Source of the DNA: an uncultured Verrucomicrobiae bacterium | GTDB lineage: Bacteria; Verrucomicrobiota; Verrucomicrobiia; Palsa-1439 | NCBI GenBank assembly: GCA_963812605.1 | Contig: CAWEWF010000007.1 | Location: 58,043-122,042, forward strand | Direction: 5' to 3' | Length of the DNA: 64,000 bases | Part shown: one piece after another, positions 58,317-64,000 of the stretch | How the letters are laid out: each line of letters opens with the position of its first letter | Numbering within the stretch: position 1 is the stretch's first letter | Notes under the pieces: generated by a model | Database searches by the model: none | Told to the model about the DNA's origin: nothing | What the model saw: the letters and a program-made list of their open reading frames with translations, nothing else | Made by a program: the position numbers and the translations under genes

Positions 58317-61300
58317 TTACTGTACCCCAATGCGTGCTCCCTGCTGAAGACGGGTCATTATTTTGGCGCTCATACTTTCCACAATGTTTTCTTCCGTATC
58401 GTTTGGCGAAGTGGCCGCAAGTCGATTGGAGGCCTGATTCCTGGTCAAGTCTAACGATTTCACGATTTCCTCCTGGCGCTGCGTCAGGCTTTTCAACTTG
58501 GCTTCGTGCTCAAATGGCTCGCCCACCTTCCCTTCCAATTCCGCCATTCGCTTCCTGGACTCCGCAACGTCCTTCTCAGTCTGAGCCAATTTCTGATCGA
58601 GGGACTGCACGGCATGCTCCAGCGAACGCGTCGTGCCGTGGGCGCTATCGGAAATGCTCGCCGAGTACAGATTCGCGCCCTTGAGGACAAGTTCGGTGTG
58701 CTCCAAGGCACTGGCACGAAGAACCACGGCAAACCCAGCGAGCTCACCGATCATGTGCTCTTTCCCTGACCCCCGGAGTTGCTGAGCGCGGCGATTGATC
58801 AACTCCCCGGCGATTCCTCGATCTGTGTAGTCCGTTCCCTCGATGCGGATTTTGAAAGCGTCGCCCTGTGTCGGTTGCCGGGCCGCGATGTCCTTGTGGA
58901 GGTTCTCAATCCGGTCTGGTGAGAATCTCAACCTCCTCGTGCGTTCGTCGGATCGTGTTCCGAATCCGGTACTGCGTCTCGTGGTGCTGGGCTCGCAATC
59001 GGCTGAGACGGCCCAACTCGGCGTCGATGTGGGCTTTCTCGATGACCAGTGGATTCCCCGACGCGATAGCCTTGACCTCGGCGTACGTGAGTGCCGCGCC
59101 GTCGATGTCCTCGATATGGCGCAGGTCACTGCGGCCGGTCATGACCTGGTGGATGAATTTGGCTTTCGTTTCGAGCGTCTGCCACATGTAGGCGTCGAAA
59201 CTGCCTTCGGTGACATAGCGGTAGATTTGAACCTCGGCGTTGCGATTGCCCTGCCGGAGAATTCGTCCCTCACGCTGCTCCACGTCCGCCGGACGCCACG
59301 GCGCATCGAGATGGTGCAATGCAACCAACCGCTCCTGCACATTTGTGCCGGACCCCATCTTCTGCGTGCTGCCCATCAAGATGCGGACTTTGCCGGCGCG
59401 AACATCCTTGAAAAGCGCGAGCTTCGCTGCGTCGCTATCATAATCCTGAATGAAGGCGATTTCGGCAGCGGGCACGCCGGCAATGACCAGTTTGCCTTTC
59501 ACGTCGTCGTACACCGAGAACCCTGAGTCCTTCGGCGTGGACAAATCGCAGAAGACGAGTTGTGTTAGCCGGTCGGTCTTCGTCTCCTGCCAGATGCGAT
59601 AGATTTCGTGAACCGCGAGGTTGGCCTTGCTTTCGGGCTGATCGCGCGCACTCGCATCAACCAACCGAAGGTCCAGCGCGGCCTTCCGGCCTTCGGTGGT
59701 GATCTTGAGCATGTTGTCCACGCGTGGATCGACACGCCCTTTGCGCAACTTTTCCGCTCTCTCGGCCAGACTGGAAACGAGCGCCTTCAGTTCTGGCGTT
59801 GCTGGCGCGCGGATTATTGTCGCTTTCCCGTTCCGCAGTGCGGGCGTGGGCAGCTTCAACGTTTCCGCAGTGCGAATATCCGCAACCTGCCGGAACTGCT
59901 GCATCAGCTCGGGGACGTTCACGAACCGGGCGAACCGCGTGTTCAGCCGGTAGCCCGCGCCGTCCGGGGCCAGCTCCATCGCCGTTACCGGCTCGCCAAA
60001 CGTTGCCGCCCATGAATCGAAGTGATGTACCCGCAGCTTCGTCAGCGCGGTCATTTGCAGGTACCGCTGCATGGTGAACATCTCCGCCATGCTGTTGGAG
60101 ATCGGCGTGCCGGTCGCGAACACCACGCCGCCCCCGCCGTTTACCTGCTGGATGTACCGGGTCTTGAGGAACAAATCGAAGGCCCGCTCCGAGGCTGTCT
60201 GCGGCAGGCCCGCGATTCGGGTCATCTTGCTGACGTAAAAGAGATTCTTGAAGTACTGGGCTTCATCAATGAACAGCCGGTCCACGCCCAGTTCCTCGAA
60301 CGTCAGCGTGTTGTCCTTCTTCCCCTCGGCCAGCAGGAGCTTCAGCCGCGTCTCCAGTCGCTTCTTCGCACGCTCCAGGTCTTTGACGATCCGCCGATCG
60401 TTCTTGCCGGCGCGCTGCTCGCGGATGGCCATTTCCAAATCGTGGAGTTGCTCGCGGAAGAATGCCTTCTTGGTTTCATCCGATAGGGGGATTCTCTCGA
60501 AGCCCGAATGCGTGACGATGACCGCGTCCCAGTTCCCGGTGGCGATGCGGCTCATCAACTGCCGCCGTTTGCTCGCCTCGAAGTCCTCCTTACCGGCCAC
60601 GAGAATGTTTGCGCCCGGATAGAGCATGAGAAGTTCCGACGAGAACTGGCCGAGCATGTGATTCGGCACGACGAACAAGGGCTTCCGGGCCAACCCCAAC
60701 CGCTTCAACTCCATCCCGGCCGCAACCATCGTGTACGTCTTGCCGGCGCCCACCACGTGGCCCAGGAGTGTGTTGGGAGTTTGCAGGATTCGCCAGACGC
60801 CCGCTTTCTGGTGTGGGTGCAACACCACAACCTGGCTCGCGCCCGGCAACGTCAGATGATCACCGCTGAACGTCCGCAACCGAACATTGTTGAATTCGTC
60901 GTTGTATTTCCTGACCAGCCGCTCGCGGCGCTCGTCGTCCTGCCAAATCCATTCCTTGAACCGCTCCTTGATCTTCTGCTGCTTCTCCCGCGCACCTTCG
61001 GTCGCTTCAGGATTCACAACGAGTTTGTCCGACTTGGGTTCTTTGTCGTAGATGGTCGGCGTCCGCAGATTCAGCGCGTCTTGAATCAGGTCGAGCGCGC
61101 CAGCGCGGTCCGTCCCCCATTCGGTGGTGTTGGCAACGGTGCGTCTGGCGAAGTATTCGCCACTGACAACCCAGGTGCCGATGGCGTGCGAATGGCTGAC
61201 TTCGATGTCCGTCGCGCCGAGCAACTCCTGGCAGAACTTCTCGATGTCCTCTGCCGGAACCCACGACGCGCCCAAGCGCACGTCAATCTCGGTGGCCGAC

Positions 61301-63456
61301 AAATCCTCCGGCTGGACAGCCTTGAGCGCCTCGACGTTCTCTTGGAAGCGCGGGTCGGTGATGCTCGCGGCCTCGGCGGTTTCCAGCTTCTCGCGGACGT
61401 TGCCGGACAGATATTGGTCGTCGGTCTCCCATTCGTTCGACTGCGGGTTAAGGAAAATTGCGCCTCTCAGTTCGGGCAGGAATTCGTCTTCGGAGCGACC
61501 GAGCAAGGCGCTCATGTGGTCGAGGTCAACGCAGCCCTTTTCGTTTAGCGAAACGATCAGGGCTTCCTTGGGCAGTTCGACCGACTCGATGGGTTTCTGA
61601 TACTGAATCGTTCGCTCGCGGAAGATCGCCGTTTTCTTGGCTCGCTTCGTCTCTCCGTCATAAACCTCCAGAGACAGGAGCAACGGCAGGTCGGGGTCGC
61701 CATCAAACGCGCGGGTGTTCGCATGGTTTGAAATCGGACCGAACCGTGAGACGAAGGAATCGTAAGTCTGATTGAGTTTCTCCCGCGCCGCGACAATGGT
61801 TGCCTCGTCGCTGCCGTCGAGTTGGCTGCGGAGACATTCCCGCACGGCGTCACGAACCCGAATCAGCCGTCTGACTCGCACCTTGGTTTCCGCCGGCAGC
61901 CCCGGCAGCGTCTTCAATGAGTCGCCGATTCGGACGGCGACCTCGTCGTGGACCATCACGAAAGCGTTGGGCTTAACGTAATCGGGGGCGGGAAACGATT
62001 GATCGAGAGACGGGGGAGCCACGGCCCGTTTCTGGGCGCGATAGATGTCTTGCGGCAGGTTGCTGACCGCTTCGTCCAACGCCTCGGCCAAATCCCGGCC
62101 ATCGCTGACCAGCGTAGGTTCGTTGTCGCGGTACATGCTGCCCGACAACTCCATCTTGCCGAGCATCATCTGCGGTCGCTGAACGAAGTATTCGTTGATG
62201 TAGATCGTCTCGCCCTTGGCGTTGACGTGCTCCGCTGTCTCCTTCCACGCCGGACCCGACGGGGTTTCGCCGGGATTCAGCTTGCGCAACATCACGATGT
62301 CGGTGGTGACCTCCGTGTTGGCGTTGCGCTTGAAGGCGTCGTTGGGGAGTCGGACTGCGCCAACGAGGTTGGCCCGTTGCGCCAGGTATTCGCGCAGCGT
62401 CGAGTCCTCCTTGTCGAGCGTGCCTTTGGATGTGATGAACAGAAGCAGCCCGCCCGGGCGCACCTTCTCCAAGGCGGCGGCGAAGAAGTAATCGTGGATC
62501 GGAAATTTGAAAACGTTGAACCGTGGGTCAAACGGCTGATAGTCCCCAAACGGAATGTTGGAAACTGCCGCGTCGTAGAACCCGTCGGCCAGCCGAGTCT
62601 CCTCGAATGGCTGGTGGCGAATGTCGGCATCTGGATAAAGCGCCTTCGCGATGCGGGCGGTCAGTTGGTCAATCTCGATGCCGGTGATAGTCGAGTGGGC
62701 GTGCATCTCTTCCGGCATCAGCCCGATGAAGTGGCCCAGCCCGCAGGCAGGCTCCAGAATGCGCCCATCCGTGAAACCGAAACGCGCGAGGGCAGCGTAC
62801 ATCCCGCGAACGATGACCGGCGACGTGTAGTGGGCGTTGAGTGTCGAGGCGCGGGCGGACGTGTGCTCCTCGTCCGTCAGAAGTTTGGATAGTTCGACCT
62901 GCTCCTTGAACCACTCGCGCGAGTTGACATCGAACACCTGCGGCAACCCGCCCCAACCAACGTACCGCACGAGTGCCGCCTTTTCGTCGTCAGAGGCAGG
63001 ACGTTTGTCGGATTCGAGGCGGCGCAGGAGCTTGATCGCCTCGACGTTGGCGCGGAACTTCTGCTTGAGCGACCCCTCGCCGAGGCGGTCGCGGTCGGTA
63101 ATCCGGTAGTTGGCTTGGTTGCGGGGCGGGCCTAGTCGTTCTCTGGCGGCAGGAGGATGTACTTCTCCCTGACCATTTCCCAAGCCTGGTCGTGGGCTTG
63201 CTGTGGTGTCAGTCCTTGCTGGATCAGTTGCCGGCGGATCGCGTCCATTTCGTCCTTGGTCTTCTCCTCGGCCTCCAGCAACATCTGCTGGAGCGTGCCC
63301 GTCCGCTCCATTTCCGCCACCATCCGTGGCCGGTGCTCCCGCCAGTGTTCCTCTGCCATCAATCCGTATTGAGTCAACGTGGTCATGTTCGTTCCCATCG
63401 CGACCGAACAGGTCTAGCTGATCGTTTGGCTGTCGCTTTGATCGTTTGAGAGCCAT
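58317..63456 (-). CDS. Large N6-adenine methyltransferase - SF2 (SNF2-like) helicase fusion, DarB-like/ICE type (~1712 aa; +1 frameshift near 58917)
   Basis: YVGWGG, NAHYT, LEPACGLGHF, SNIPFG (MTase); HVVGAGKT, DEAQYFKN, ATGTPISN, GSGTNVQ, PWRPADVEQREGR (helicase). Confidence 0.9.
63132..63386 (-). CDS. TnpV-like small protein nested in a different frame inside the helicase gene
   Basis: MTTLTQYGLMAEEHWREHRPRMVAEMERTGTL...AWEMVREKYILLPPE resembles the TnpV pattern. Confidence 0.7.
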   Translation of the reverse strand: MTTLTQYGLMAEEHWREHRPRMVAEMERTGTLQQMLLEAEEKTKDEMDAIRRQLIQQGLTPQQAHDQAWEMVREKYILLPPEND

Positions 63457-63595
63457 TTGAGCTTAAATCCAACATGCCGAGCCTTCCACGAAAAAAAGCA
63501 TGGCTGCTGGGGGGATTTAGCCACAAATGGCTGCGTCAGTTGTTCCCATTTGGGAACAAAATCACTGATGGGTCTCTCGGCGTGACGTTGCTCCA

Positions 63596-63714
63596 GCGTG
63601 AAGTCTTAGAAGCCAAAGCCGTTGGCGGAGCGAGCACAGTCAAGGAGGAAGGGCCGTCGTTTGCACGACCTTGACTGCGCGCAGCGAGCCGTACAATGGA
63701 ACGGTGATTCACGC
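63596..63714. promoter_or_regulatory. Long imperfect hairpin carrying TTGACT/TACAAT on one arm (ssDNA-promoter-like)
   Basis: Pairs GCGTGAA/TTCACGC, CCGTT/AACGG, CAGTCAAGG/CCTTGACTG and inner GTCGT/ACGAC. Confidence 0.55.
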
Positions 63715-64000
63715 AAGCCGACTGAAACAAAGCGCGAATGCGCTCGGAATTGCGGTGCGGAAAGCGATGTGGCCGCGAGAAACGACGGCTCGCAGCGGCG
63801 ACATCGGGGCGGCATCGGATCGTCACAGGCAAAGCAAAAGTCTTCGGGTTTTGCAGCGGAGCACCGCCGTCTGTGCGGCAGCGAAAAACACGAAGTCTTT
63901 GACTGCCCGCGCGGGTAGTTGCGGTGCCGGCAGTCAGCAAGCCGGGCGCAAATGCGATGTGAGACTGGGACGATCAGGTGTTGTTGAGCGATGTGGCCGC

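Larger units (their letters stand above)
47813..64000. mobile_element. Probable integrative element / genomic island at tRNA-Cys (continues beyond the window)
   Basis: Housekeeping genes stop abruptly at the tRNA. Arm-site-like tandem repeat, gene remnants, lower-GC cargo, HEPN, XRE, TnpV-like ORF and ICE-type methylase-helicase follow. No integrase or second att copy is seen in the window. Confidence 0.75.

Noticed and set aside
63536-63940. 134-aa ORF upstream of the helicase
   Set aside because: No motifs; it overlaps the structured non-coding leader.

Overview
High-GC bacterial chromosome segment. Gene content and style suggest a Verrucomicrobiota/PVC-type organism; this is inference only. 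1-47.6 kb is mostly core or accessory chromosome. It holds a phosphate-regulon cluster (ppx, ROK kinase, phoU, phoR/phoB, DUF47-pit, with 11-bp-phased Pho-box-like repeats), ilvD, nucleoside salvage (cdd-punA-pdp), a family-B DNA polymerase with degenerate proofreading motifs and a partial ebo cluster. It also holds three ECF sigma modules (one linked to a Ser/Thr kinase-NHL protein), hup, tonB-exbBD, maf, hemW, cysE-cysteine desulfurase and a GT2. tRNA-Cys(GCA) at 47739-47812 marks the start of a probable integrative element that runs past the window end. Its main cargo is a lower-GC, partly translationally coupled five-gene operon: SIS-HAD fusion, PRTase-like protein, P-loop ATPase, unknown Rossmann/CARF-like protein and PfkB kinase. 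This is my best candidate for an undescribed defence/conflict system. It is followed by an XRE + HEPN pair and a ~1712-aa methyltransferase-SF2 helicase with an N-terminal QLDLF motif, a fully nested TnpV-like ORF and an upstream hairpin resembling an ssDNA promoter. At least eight genes carry single-base frameshifts that are probably sequencing or assembly errors. All family assignments come from motif recognition by eye, not database searches.
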